Below, in pieces: positions 8,762-18,651 of a stretch of 64,000 nt of DNA. Below the pieces are notes generated by a model that was not told the DNA's origin, did no database searches, and saw only the letters and a program-made list of their open reading frames with translations. Each line of letters starts with the position of its first letter. Position 1 is the stretch's first letter. Made by a program: the position numbers and the translations under genes. The DNA is from Candidatus Hydrogenedentota bacterium (lineage in GTDB: Bacteria; Hydrogenedentota; Hydrogenedentia; Hydrogenedentales; GCA-2746185): contig JAYGCN010000052.1 of the NCBI GenBank assembly GCA_046583315.1, positions 1 through 64,000 on the forward strand, given 5' to 3'.

Positions 8762-10279
8762 ATGTGGGTACCGAAATACGTACGCGATGAAAAGAAGGGG
8801 ATCGATTCACCGGTCCCGACGCAGGTGGTGTCCAACGAAGAACTACTTCCACGCCCACAGCACAAGATGCAGGCCGAGGTTGAAAGCCTTACCATGGAAA
8901 TGGGTACGGAGAAGGCCAAGAAGCTGGGATTGAGACGGCGTGATTTCATGCGGACATCGATGGGTATGGCGACGGCATGGGTTGCGGCAAATAAAGTGTA
9001 CGGCAATCATTGGAACGTGACGGACGACGAGACGGTGGAAGCGGCTGCGGTCGAAGAAGGTGCCGGCGGCAAAGATTACTTTATCGTAGATGTGCAGGCG
9101 CACTTTACGAACGGATATGCCATCGGATTCCGTAACGCGGAGTTCGTAAAAAACATGGGCTTCGAACTGGACAACTCAGCCGCGGGCTACAGTCAGCGTA
9201 CCTTCGTCAAAGAATTCTTCTTCGACAGTGAAACCGACATCGTCGTCATCAGCGGTGTACCCGACCGCGAAACGAACACCGATACGGAAGGCAATGTCCT
9301 TGAAGGATTCCAGCGCAGTCGCGGCGCATTGCCGAGTTGGTTGATGCAGGAAACACGCGATCAGATCAATCGATTGGCCGGCGGCACTCGACGCGCCTAC
9401 AACCAGGGAAACTGCGCACCGAATCATTATTGGGACAAGACAACGAACAAACCTGACTATCCCGCGTTGCACGATCAAATGACGCGCGAAGTGGAGCAAT
9501 ACGGCATTACTTCCTGGAAATGGTATTGCCATACCGATCCAGGCAAAAGCGGCGGCGGGTTCCAGCTGGACGATGAAATGTCGGCGAATTTCTATCAGAA
9601 ATCAAGAGAGCTTGGCATTAAACTGTTCAGTGTACACAAAGGATATTCCGCGCAGTCCCGCACGCTTGGACACCTCGCCAATCCGAAGGACGTGGAGAAG
9701 GCGGCGTTGGACAATCCGGATTTGACCTTCGTGATTTATCATTCGGCCATGAAAATGTCCCCGTATACGCCTGATTTTGAGAACCTCATCGAGTGGAACG
9801 CGGAAAATGGCGATTTCATTTGGCATAAAGAGTTGATTGACATCAAGAAACGCAATCCCGAATTGACGAACGTCTACGCGGAAATCGGGTCGGCCTTCGG
9901 AACGTTGGCGTTGGAACACCCGGTCATGTGTCAGCACCTCATGGGGAAAAACATCAAGTATTACGGTTCGGACCACGTGATTTGGGGTACGGATTGTCTT
10001 TGGTGGGGCAGTCCGCAGTGGGTGATCGATGCGCTCAAACGATTCCAGATCAGCGACGAGTTGTGCGAGAAACATGGCTACGCGAAAATTACCGAAGAGG
10101 ATAAAGCGAATATCTTCGGGCTCAATGCAGCGCGCCTCTACGGTATGGACCCCAAGGAAAAACGTCAGGAACTCAAAGAAGACGACATCGAGAAGTTTAA
10201 GCTGCAATACCGCGCAGACGGCGGTCAACGCACCAACCGTGTACCGGGACTCGTGAGGGATGATTCGCGTCGGGTGTAA
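8762..10279 (+). CDS. Amidohydrolase-family protein with internal twin-arginine-like motif
   Basis: IVDVQAH, VHKG, IYHSA and WGTD motifs; [12 protein letters not shown]-terminus; RRRDFM near residue 60. Confidence 0.8.
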   Translation: MWVPKYVRDEKKGIDSPVPTQVVSNEELLPRPQHKMQAEVESLTMEMGTEKAKKLGLRRRDFMRTSMGMATAWVAANKVYGNHWNVTDDETVEAAAVEEGAGGKDYFIVDVQAHFTNGYAIGFRNAEFVKNMGFELDNSAAGYSQRTFVKEFFFDSETDIVVISGVPDRETNTDTEGNVLEGFQRSRGALPSWLMQETRDQINRLAGGTRRAYNQGNCAPNHYWDKTTNKPDYPALHDQMTREVEQYGITSWKWYCHTDPGKSGGGFQLDDEMSANFYQKSRELGIKLFSVHKGYSAQSRTLGHLANPKDVEKAALDNPDLTFVIYHSAMKMSPYTPDFENLIEWNAENGDFIWHKELIDIKKRNPELTNVYAEIGSAFGTLALEHPVMCQHLMGKNIKYYGSDHVIWGTDCLWWGSPQWVIDALKRFQISDELCEKHGYAKITEEDKANIFGLNAARLYGMDPKEKRQELKEDDIEKFKLQYRADGGQRTNRVPGLVRDDSRRV

Positions 10280-10301
10280 GTAACGCTCTATACGCTATAC
10301 T

Positions 10302-10342
10302 AAGCGAGGCGCATCAGAATTTTGATGCGCCTCGCTTTTTTT
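10302..10342 (+). terminator. Intrinsic terminator after the amidohydrolase gene
   Basis: AAGCGAGGCGCATCA-GAATTT-TGATGCGCCTCGCTT followed by a T run. Confidence 0.85.
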
Positions 10343-10373
10343 GATACAACCTCATGCAGGAGGAACCACTCGA

Positions 10374-10907
10374 ATGGAACAGTTTCACGCAACGACCGTG
10401 ATTGCGGTGCGTAAAGACGGTAAGGTCGCGATGGGCGGTGATGGACAGGTGACGCTCGGGAATGTTGTGATGAAAAATACGGCGACGAAGGTACGGACGC
10501 TGGCCGACGGGCGCGTGCTTGCCGGGTTTGCCGGGTCTGTGTCGGATGCCTTCACGCTCTTTGAACGCTTCGAAGTGAAGCTGAGCGAATTCAATAACAA
10601 CCTCATGCGCGCCGCTGTGGAATTGGGCAAGGACTGGCGCACGGACAAATACCTGCGCCAACTTGAAGCGCATCTCTCCGTGTGCGACGAAACGACGTCA
10701 TTGCTTATCGCCGGAACCGGGGAGATCATCGAACCCGACGACGGCATTCTCGCGATTGGCTCTGGAGGATCATTTGCGCTTTCCGCTGCGCGTGCACTAG
10801 TCGCGCATTCCGACTTGGACGCCGAAGCCATCGTCAGGCAATCGCTAGAGATTGCCGCAAGCATTTGTATCTACACGAATACGAATATTACCGTGCAGAC
10901 GCTCTAG
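10374..10907 (+). CDS. hslV: ATP-dependent protease peptidase subunit HslV
   Basis: [10 protein letters not shown] with catalytic Thr, [38 protein letters not shown]. Confidence 0.95.
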   Translation: MEQFHATTVIAVRKDGKVAMGGDGQVTLGNVVMKNTATKVRTLADGRVLAGFAGSVSDAFTLFERFEVKLSEFNNNLMRAAVELGKDWRTDKYLRQLEAHLSVCDETTSLLIAGTGEIIEPDDGILAIGSGGSFALSAARALVAHSDLDAEAIVRQSLEIAASICIYTNTNITVQTL

Positions 10908-12370
10908 CTCGTCAGTTTCTGAATGATCGAAGTCGTCGATTGACCGTCCACGCCGGGAATCAGGGCGATTTTTCCGCCGTAGGACTCCATCAACTTTCGT
11001 TCGTCCTGGTTGATGGTGTCGAGTGTGTAGTCGCCGCCTTTGGCGTAAATGTCGGGTCGGAAACGGTCGATCAGTGCCACCGTGTTGTCGTCGTCAAAGA
11101 TGATGACGTGATCGACGCATCTGAGCGCACCGATGATGAGTGCGCGTTCCGATTCAGGTACGATTGGACGATCCGGGCCTTTTACCGAGGACACCGACGC
11201 GTCGCTGTTCAGTCCCACGACGAGTATGTCGCCCTGACGCGCGGCTTCCATCAGATAGGTCACGTGTCCGGCGTGCAGGATGTCGAAGCAACCATTGGTC
11301 CACACGACTGATTTTCCAGTGGATTGATAATCGGCGATCAGAGTCTTTAACGTGTCGCCTGAAACGACCGATTGAGCGTTGGCGGCAGCGAAGAGTGTAT
11401 TTTCGATTTCTTCAAGGTTCACCGATACGGCACCCAACTGTCGCACGGCGTTGGCGGCAGCGGCATTGGCGATTTCGGCTGCTTCCTGTAACGCGCCGCC
11501 GGACATGACCGATAGTGTTGCGGATGCGGTCACGGTGTCGCCTGCGCCGGTTACGTCGACCACTTCGGTTGCAAAAGTTGGCGCGTTTGTTGAGGTGCCT
11601 TCGGCGAAAACGGTGATGCCTCGTGCACCGCGTGTGATGAAGGCCACGCGGGATTGTTTGAGCACGGCGTTCGCGGCGGCCTGCAATTCTTCGTCGGTCT
11701 CGACGGGAAGATTCATCCCGACGCCGAGTTCGGATTCGTTGGGCACAACGACATCGACGTCCTTGATCATGCCGATGCGTTCGCGGGAATCGGCGATGGT
11801 CAGCAAATCATGCTCGCGCGCGCAATCGGTGATGGTCGATACAATTTTCGGTGTGATGAGGTAGGAAACCTGGTCGATGATGACGATGGCGTCTACCTTA
11901 GGAGCGAGTGCCTTTATGGATTCGATAATTTTTGACTCGATATCGGACGGAATCTCACTTTGTCGAGGCGTATCCGAGCGCAGAATTTCCTGTTCGGGAT
12001 AGGTGTCGCCGCCGGCCCGGAATTTTCCGTAGGTGTTGGTCGGGTTGTCCGCATCCACGACGATGCTCGAATAATCGATTCCCCGCGCATCGAGTTCCTT
12101 GCGCAGAATACCCGCGTTCACGTCCTCACCCACGACACCGACGAGCCACACCTGGCCGCCCATAGAAGCCAGATTCGCCGCGACATTTCCGGCGGCTCCG
12201 GGGTTATGGTATTGCCGGGTCTTCTCGAAAACCGGGATGGGTGCTTCCAGGCTCATCTCCGAGATTCGGCCAAAATTGGTCTCATCGAGGTAAATATCGC
12301 CGACAACCATGACTTTTTTGTCAGGGAATTCGGCTGTAATGGTGTTGAATCGCTCTGGCGTAATCAGCAT
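10904..12370 (-). CDS. hldE: Bifunctional heptose 7-phosphate kinase / heptose 1-phosphate adenylyltransferase
   Basis: PfkB domain ([23 protein letters not shown]) plus cytidylyltransferase domain ([25 protein letters not shown]). Confidence 0.92.
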   Translation of the reverse strand: MLITPERFNTITAEFPDKKVMVVGDIYLDETNFGRISEMSLEAPIPVFEKTRQYHNPGAAGNVAANLASMGGQVWLVGVVGEDVNAGILRKELDARGIDYSSIVVDADNPTNTYGKFRAGGDTYPEQEILRSDTPRQSEIPSDIESKIIESIKALAPKVDAIVIIDQVSYLITPKIVSTITDCAREHDLLTIADSRERIGMIKDVDVVVPNESELGVGMNLPVETDEELQAAANAVLKQSRVAFITRGARGITVFAEGTSTNAPTFATEVVDVTGAGDTVTASATLSVMSGGALQEAAEIANAAAANAVRQLGAVSVNLEEIENTLFAAANAQSVVSGDTLKTLIADYQSTGKSVVWTNGCFDILHAGHVTYLMEAARQGDILVVGLNSDASVSSVKGPDRPIVPESERALIIGALRCVDHVIIFDDDNTVALIDRFRPDIYAKGGDYTLDTINQDERKLMESYGGKIALIPGVDGQSTTSIIQKLTS

Positions 12371-12540
12371 GGTCGTTCTCGCGGGTTGGGTAATGAAGTG
12401 GGGATTGTATCGCATTGAACAAATTGGATTAAAGCGGGGGGGCACAGCCCCATTTTATTTGAGAGCGGGTTCACGCCTACTGAGTGTATTTTAATCTATT
12501 CGGGTTAGCTGATATGATTTAGGCACGTTTTGATCGGGGG

Positions 12541-13512
12541 ATGAGAGTCACTGTGAACGCCAAGCAGGATAATGTGAATGGGGAGCAACCAACGACTCGC
12601 AAGAGTCGACGACGCTATCTGTTTGTGCTTGGCCTGCTGGTCTACAGTGGGGTGGTGTGGTATTTCGGCTGGCGTGATATTCGTGATGAACTATTGGGAG
12701 CGCGCATCGACCTCGTCGTCATCGCCGTTCTGCTGATAGTGAGTGCCACCTGGTTGCGTGTTCTGAAATGGCGCTATGCGCTCGGCCCTGACGCTCATGC
12801 GACGGGACTGTTTTTTATGTCGAAGGCGACGGGAGCGTTTACGCCGGGTCGACTGGGCGAATTCGCACCGATGGTAATTCGCGATCATCGCACGCCGAAA
12901 GTGGGCGCGTGGATCATGTACGACCGCGTGGTCGAGATTCTGGTGACAATTACAATCGGGTTATATGGTCTCGCCATTATAAACTTCTTGACCCGCGCGC
13001 AGTTTATCAGAGTAACGGCGATCGCGGTTGTCTGTTGCGGCTTGGGGATTTACTTTTTGACGCATCGACGACTGTTTCTCTGGGCGGCTAATAAAACGAA
13101 GGAAGGCTCACTTGCCCACCGAACCACGATGTTGTTCGCGGCGGTGAGTGAGGAGTTGTTCCAGTTCACCCGATATGCGCCCGGTATCGTGTTGATAACG
13201 GTCGTCACCAAGGTCATGGATCTCGTGGCGGTGATGTTGATGTTTCAGGCGCTATCTGTGTTTCCAGGCTTCGGTCTTGTTGCGGCATCAAAGTGTGCCT
13301 TGGCCATTGTCAGCTTTCTGCCGTTGACCCCCACGGCGACCGGTGCACCGCATGCGACTCAAGCGTGGCTGATGAATCAGGCCGCTGAAATCCCGCCGGA
13401 TGCGCTGGTTGTGGGTATCGGAATTGAAGTTGCCGTGGTCAGTATTACCTTCTGGACCTCTTTTGGGCTGGCCAGCCGCCTTATCGGAAATGCCGCCTGG
13501 ACGGGAAAATGA
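12541..13512 (+). CDS. Lysylphosphatidylglycerol synthase TM-domain (flippase-like) membrane protein
   Basis: Multiple TM helices; LRVLKW, TPGRLGE, DRVVE and PLTP.ATGA motifs. Confidence 0.7.
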   Translation: MRVTVNAKQDNVNGEQPTTRKSRRRYLFVLGLLVYSGVVWYFGWRDIRDELLGARIDLVVIAVLLIVSATWLRVLKWRYALGPDAHATGLFFMSKATGAFTPGRLGEFAPMVIRDHRTPKVGAWIMYDRVVEILVTITIGLYGLAIINFLTRAQFIRVTAIAVVCCGLGIYFLTHRRLFLWAANKTKEGSLAHRTTMLFAAVSEELFQFTRYAPGIVLITVVTKVMDLVAVMLMFQALSVFPGFGLVAASKCALAIVSFLPLTPTATGAPHATQAWLMNQAAEIPPDALVVGIGIEVAVVSITFWTSFGLASRLIGNAAWTGK

Positions 13513-13706
13513 TCCCATAATAGTGATAAATACCGTCCTCACACCGTTTGTAGCTATGAGGATCAGCTGAGTGTGACCTTTCGGGCCCGCTCGTGTTAAA
13601 CTATAGGCACGACTGGATTCGCCCATGAACCAAACCAATACCCCCCGGGGTCAGTCCAAAGGCGTGCATGCTGATGGTGTGGAATGGATCCAAATAACCG
13701 CAATAC

Positions 13707-15083
13707 TTGACTAAACGAGGTACTCTTTTGCGAATTTTCAAAGAAACGTTGTTCTGCCGAGCGGGCATTCCGGCCCTGTTACTCGCGATTGCCGTGGTCG
13801 GCTGTCAACCCTGGGGGCCAGATGCGAAAAATGCCAAAGGTGAATTTGGCAAGGAGGTGAAACGTCCGCCGCTGATTATTCCGGTCGAAGTGGCATCACC
13901 GACCCGCGGGGATATGTCTTCGTATTTCGACACGTCTACCCGCATAGAAGCTGAGCGCCGTGTGGATGTTTCCTCCAAGGGTTCTGCGCGTTGTATAGCT
14001 TTGTTGGTGGATGAAGGTGATACGGTTTCTCAAGGCGATATCCTGGCTGAGCTGGAAAGAGCGGAAGCCCAGGCCCTATACGATCAATCCTCTATTCAAG
14101 TGCGCCAGAACGAGACGTCATACGCGTTGGCCAAACGTCAGCACGATGAAGGCCTCGGCACAAAGATGGACATGGACAATGCCAAGTATACGCATGAACA
14201 ATCGTTGGCCACGTTGGAATCCCAGCGGCTTGCGTTGGAAAATCTGACAATCCGTGCGCCAATCGATGGTGTCATCACGACACGTGTCATTCATCTGGGC
14301 ATGCTCGTCTCAGTAGGGGAATCGGTGTTCAGTATTATGGACCCCTCCTCCTTTATTCTGACCATTTCCCCGCCAGAGAAGGAACTGTCCCGTTTGAAAA
14401 TCGGGCAGACGGCTGAAGTTCGGGTTGACGCGATACCGGGTCGCTTATTCAGCGCCTCCATCCGTCGAATCAATCCGAGCGTGGATCCGGTAACGGGTAC
14501 CATCAAGGTTGTGCTAGATTTTGACGAGGAGCTGGACGGAGAACTGCGTGAGTCGGCGTTTTCCCGCGTGAAACTCGTGATGAGTACGCGCAAGAATGTT
14601 ATTTTGATACCGAAGGAAGCCATTGTTGAAGAAAATGGCAAGCAATATGTTTTTGTGCTCGAGGAGACCGATGGCGAAACAGTATCCATTGGTGGTAAAT
14701 CATCTGACCTGGGCGCAAGCGACAGTAAGAAGGAAGTGGAAGCGTCCGAGAAAGGCGACGAGGAAGATGCTAAGTCCGACTCCACGGAAGTGCCTGTGTA
14801 TATCGCCAAGCGCGTATCCATACAGACGGCCCTGGAAGATTCTACCCGCATTCAGGTGTTCGCGGGACTTGAAGAATCTGCCTTGATGGTCACCAACGGT
14901 CAGCACTCGCTCAAAGACGGCGCGAAGGTGCGTATCTCCAGTGTCCAGCAAGAAATTTCCCGACTCGAAGGCATGAGTGCCGACGAATTGCTTGAAGCCG
15001 CCAAGAAGAAACGCAGCGAATCCGGCGAAGACGGCGAGTCCGGGGGCAAGGGTGGTGGCGGGCGCGGGCTTTTCGTGGAATGA
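13707..15083 (+). CDS. RND efflux periplasmic adaptor subunit (lipoprotein)
   Basis: Lipobox VVGC; VDEGDTVSQGDILAEL, IRAPIDGVI, INPSVDPVTGT, IPKEAIV. Start codon uncertain. Confidence 0.9.
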   Translation: MTKRGTLLRIFKETLFCRAGIPALLLAIAVVGCQPWGPDAKNAKGEFGKEVKRPPLIIPVEVASPTRGDMSSYFDTSTRIEAERRVDVSSKGSARCIALLVDEGDTVSQGDILAELERAEAQALYDQSSIQVRQNETSYALAKRQHDEGLGTKMDMDNAKYTHEQSLATLESQRLALENLTIRAPIDGVITTRVIHLGMLVSVGESVFSIMDPSSFILTISPPEKELSRLKIGQTAEVRVDAIPGRLFSASIRRINPSVDPVTGTIKVVLDFDEELDGELRESAFSRVKLVMSTRKNVILIPKEAIVEENGKQYVFVLEETDGETVSIGGKSSDLGASDSKKEVEASEKGDEEDAKSDSTEVPVYIAKRVSIQTALEDSTRIQVFAGLEESALMVTNGQHSLKDGAKVRISSVQQEISRLEGMSADELLEAAKKKRSESGEDGESGGKGGGGRGLFVE

Positions 15084-15090
15084 TTCTTTT

Positions 15091-18000
15091 ATGAACGCGC
15101 CCACCGAACCCAAACAGTACCGCCTTTCAATTCGTCGCCCGGTAACCATCGCGATGGTATTCCTGACGCTGTTGGTTTTCGGGTGGAAGTCCTATCAGGA
15201 ACTCTCCATCAACCTGATGCCGGACATCGCGTATCCCACCTTGACCGTGCGCACAGAGTACGATGGTGCGGCGCCGGAAGATGTCGAAAAACTGGTGACG
15301 CGTCCGCTTGAAGAACGCCTGAGCGTGGTGTCAGGCGTTGAAGAAATCAGCAGCGTATCCTCGGCAGGACTCTCCGAAGTGATCATGGAGTTCGCCTGGG
15401 GCAGCGATATGAATGTGGCGATGCAGGGCGTGCGCGACAGCCTTGATCAAATCAATTTACCTCAAGGGGTGACGCAGAATCCGGTCATCCTGCGTTTCGA
15501 TCCCACCCTGGACCCCGTTTTGCGCATAGCGCTTATCGGTAGAGACCTGAGTGATATCGCTGATCCTGAAGAGCGGCTTCAACAAGAGCTCGATGACCTC
15601 ACGGAGATTCGGGAGGCGGCTGAACGTCAACTCAAGAGTGATCTGGAAGCCGAGCCGGGTATCGCGCAGGTGGTGGTGAAGGGCGGTCGCGAAGATGAAA
15701 TACAGATCAACCTGGATTCCGCGCGGTTGAAGAGTCTTGGACTTACCCCCGAGATGATTGTCATCGGGTTGCAGCAGCAAAACGTCAATCTTTCCGGCGG
15801 GCTGCTCAAAGAAGGCAAGGCCGAATATCTGGTTCGCACGCTCAACGAATTTGCCTCGGTCGAAGAAATTCGAAACGTCATCATCTCGACACCGGCGGGT
15901 GACACCTTTCGGCTCTCGGATATCGCGCGTGTCGAGATGGGCATCAAAGAGCGCAAGACCATTGTTACGGTGAATGGTCAGGAAGCGGTCGAGCTCGAGT
16001 TTTTCAAAGAGGGTAGTGCAAACGTCGTCCAAGTGGCCAATAGGCTCAAACGTTTCTTTAAACTTGAAGAGGAAATGTCCGTCCAGGAAAAATTTCTGAC
16101 CTATATGGCTCCGAAAGACAAGAGTGGTCGTGCGCAGATGGCCCTGGATGAACTCATCAAACAGAAAGAACGTCGGGATCAGCTCAAGAATCGGCTGCCC
16201 GATTACACCCGCCGAATTCTGATCACGGATCAATCCCGATTTATTGAATCCTCGATCAATGAAGTGAAACAGACGGCCCTTATCGGGGGCGCGCTGGCCT
16301 TGTGCATCCTGTTCGTGTTCCTGCGCGAAATCAGAAGCACGGTGATTATCGGAGTTGCGATTCCCATTTCAGTGGTGGCGACCTTTGTCCCCATGTTCAT
16401 CCAGAATATCTCTCTGAACATCATGTCGCTCGGCGGATTGGCGCTCGGCGTCGGTATGCTGGTGGACAATTCCATCGTTGTGCTCGAAAGCATCTTCCGG
16501 TGTCGCGAAGAGGGCGATTCGGTGAAGGATGCGGCGGAACGCGGCACGAAAGAAGTCGCCACCGCGGTTACGGCTTCGACCCTGACGACCATCGCGGTAT
16601 TTTTCCCGATCGTGTTCGTGGAAGGCATCGCGGGACAGCTGTTCCGCGATCTTGCGCTGACCGTTACCTTCTCGCTGATGGCATCGTTGATGGTGGCACT
16701 GTATTTGATCCCGATGATTGCGTCCCGTGAAGGCATGCATTTCAAAGAGGGCAACAGTGCCGTGTGGATTTTGCGCGGGCTTCGTGAGGCTAAAGACGCT
16801 GGCAAAACGGGCATTCGTCGATGGACGGCATTGCCTCGATTGGGGCTGGGATACGCCCTTGTTGGATTGGGGCACATTTGGGGCGACACGGCGGGACTGG
16901 CACTCAAGACACGCGCGGAAAAATCGGGCATGATCAAATCGGGATTTGCACTCGTCATTCTGGTGACGCTCGTGCTCTTTATTCTGCGATTGGCCCTTGC
17001 TCTTGTGGCGACGATCATCAGTACTGTATTGGTGCTAATTCTTCTTGGGGTCATGAGCATTTACTTTGTGGTCTCGCGCGTGTTGCGGGTTGTGCTGTTT
17101 CTTCCTCTTCAACTTTTCGAACACGCGTTCCAGGCGGTTCGAAGTGCCTATGCGCTCGCGTTGCGCCAGGCCTTGCACGTGAGTCCTATTATTCTTGCAG
17201 GAGTCGCCGTTCTGGTGTATTTTACCGTTCAGGAGTCGGCAAAACTTGGTCAAGAGTTGATTCCTCCGATGAAACAGGGCGAGTTTGGCGTGCGCATCGA
17301 AGCGAAGCCGGGCACGCGTCTTGAAGATACCGAAGGCAAGGCCCGCAATATTGAAGAAATCATCAGCGCGTTTCCCGAGGTGGAATCCGTGACCGTGCAG
17401 GTGGGTGGCGAGGCGGGCGTGGGTACGACGGACGAAGGCGAGAACGTGGCCACACTCACGGTCAAACTTGCCGATCCCGAACGAACGGTCGCGTATCAAG
17501 ACGAAATCATCGAAGCGATGCGCCAAGAAGTAATGTCCCGTACCTCCGAGCAGGTTACCTTCACGCTACCGACCTTATTCAGCTTCAAGACTGCCCTGGA
17601 ACTTCAGATTTATGGTGAAGATTTGGATCGATTGCGTGAGGTGAGCGAGACGGTGTTGGCAATGATTCATGATGTAGAAGGACTTAAAGACACCGAGCTC
17701 AGCCTGAAGCAGGGATACCCTGAAATACACGTGATTCTTGACCGCGAACTGTTGAGTACCAAAAACATTCAGCCCTTCCAGGTCGCGCAACTGTTGCGTA
17801 CCGAGGTACAGGGTGATATTGCGACGCAGTTCAATCGCGGGGGAGAGAAGGTGGACATACGGGTGCGCTCGGATCAGGAACGATTTTCCAGCCTGGCCGA
17901 TTTGCGTGCCCTTTCCGTAGTTGATGGCAACCCGCCCGTGCCGTTGGCTTCGGTCTCGCAGATAATTGAGACCGACGGTCCCAGCGAGATACGCCGTATC

Positions 18001-18651
18001 GACCAGCGTCAGGTCGTGGTTATCAGCGCCAATGTTGAAGGGCGTGACCTCGGAAGTGTGGCGAAGGAAATCAATGAGCGACTTTCCGAGATGAACTGGT
18101 CCGAGGGATACAGTTATGTTCTGGGTGGACAAAATCGCGAACTGGAAAAATCCTATGGTGGACTGATGTTTGCCATTGCGATGGCCATCTTTTTGGTGTA
18201 CGTGGTCATGGCCTGCCAGTTTGAATCCGTGCTTCACCCCATGTTTATCATGTTTTCCGTGCCATTGGCGGCCATCGGTGTGGTGTACACGTTGAAGTGG
18301 ACCAACGGTAGCGTAAGCATCATCGTATTCATCGGAGGAATCGTGCTGGCGGGAATTGTCGTGAACAGCGCGATCGTGCTTGTCGACTACATCAACCAAC
18401 TTCGCGCGCGCGGATTGTCCAAAGTGGACGCCATTGTCGAAGCAGGCACGGTGCGATTTCGGCCCATTATGATGACCACGGCGACGACCGTGCTCGGGCT
18501 TATTCCGATGGTGTTGTCGTCCGGTGAAGGTTCTGAAATCCGCAGTCCCATGGCCGTGACCATCATGTCCGGGCTCATCTTCTCGACGGTTCTGACACTG
18601 TTTATTATTCCGGTCATCTACTACATGTTTACCCCGAGGGACGCGACATGA
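15091..18651 (+). CDS. RND efflux permease subunit 1
   Basis: SIRRPVT, NIMSLGGLALGVGMLVDNSIVVLE, RFRPIMMTT. Confidence 0.92.
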   Translation: MNAPTEPKQYRLSIRRPVTIAMVFLTLLVFGWKSYQELSINLMPDIAYPTLTVRTEYDGAAPEDVEKLVTRPLEERLSVVSGVEEISSVSSAGLSEVIMEFAWGSDMNVAMQGVRDSLDQINLPQGVTQNPVILRFDPTLDPVLRIALIGRDLSDIADPEERLQQELDDLTEIREAAERQLKSDLEAEPGIAQVVVKGGREDEIQINLDSARLKSLGLTPEMIVIGLQQQNVNLSGGLLKEGKAEYLVRTLNEFASVEEIRNVIISTPAGDTFRLSDIARVEMGIKERKTIVTVNGQEAVELEFFKEGSANVVQVANRLKRFFKLEEEMSVQEKFLTYMAPKDKSGRAQMALDELIKQKERRDQLKNRLPDYTRRILITDQSRFIESSINEVKQTALIGGALALCILFVFLREIRSTVIIGVAIPISVVATFVPMFIQNISLNIMSLGGLALGVGMLVDNSIVVLESIFRCREEGDSVKDAAERGTKEVATAVTASTLTTIAVFFPIVFVEGIAGQLFRDLALTVTFSLMASLMVALYLIPMIASREGMHFKEGNSAVWILRGLREAKDAGKTGIRRWTALPRLGLGYALVGLGHIWGDTAGLALKTRAEKSGMIKSGFALVILVTLVLFILRLALALVATIISTVLVLILLGVMSIYFVVSRVLRVVLFLPLQLFEHAFQAVRSAYALALRQALHVSPIILAGVAVLVYFTVQESAKLGQELIPPMKQGEFGVRIEAKPGTRLEDTEGKARNIEEIISAFPEVESVTVQVGGEAGVGTTDEGENVATLTVKLADPERTVAYQDEIIEAMRQEVMSRTSEQVTFTLPTLFSFKTALELQIYGEDLDRLREVSETVLAMIHDVEGLKDTELSLKQGYPEIHVILDRELLSTKNIQPFQVAQLLRTEVQGDIATQFNRGGEKVDIRVRSDQERFSSLADLRALSVVDGNPPVPLASVSQIIETDGPSEIRRIDQRQVVVISANVEGRDLGSVAKEINERLSEMNWSEGYSYVLGGQNRELEKSYGGLMFAIAMAIFLVYVVMACQFESVLHPMFIMFSVPLAAIGVVYTLKWTNGSVSIIVFIGGIVLAGIVVNSAIVLVDYINQLRARGLSKVDAIVEAGTVRFRPIMMTTATTVLGLIPMVLSSGEGSEIRSPMAVTIMSGLIFSTVLTLFIIPVIYYMFTPRDAT

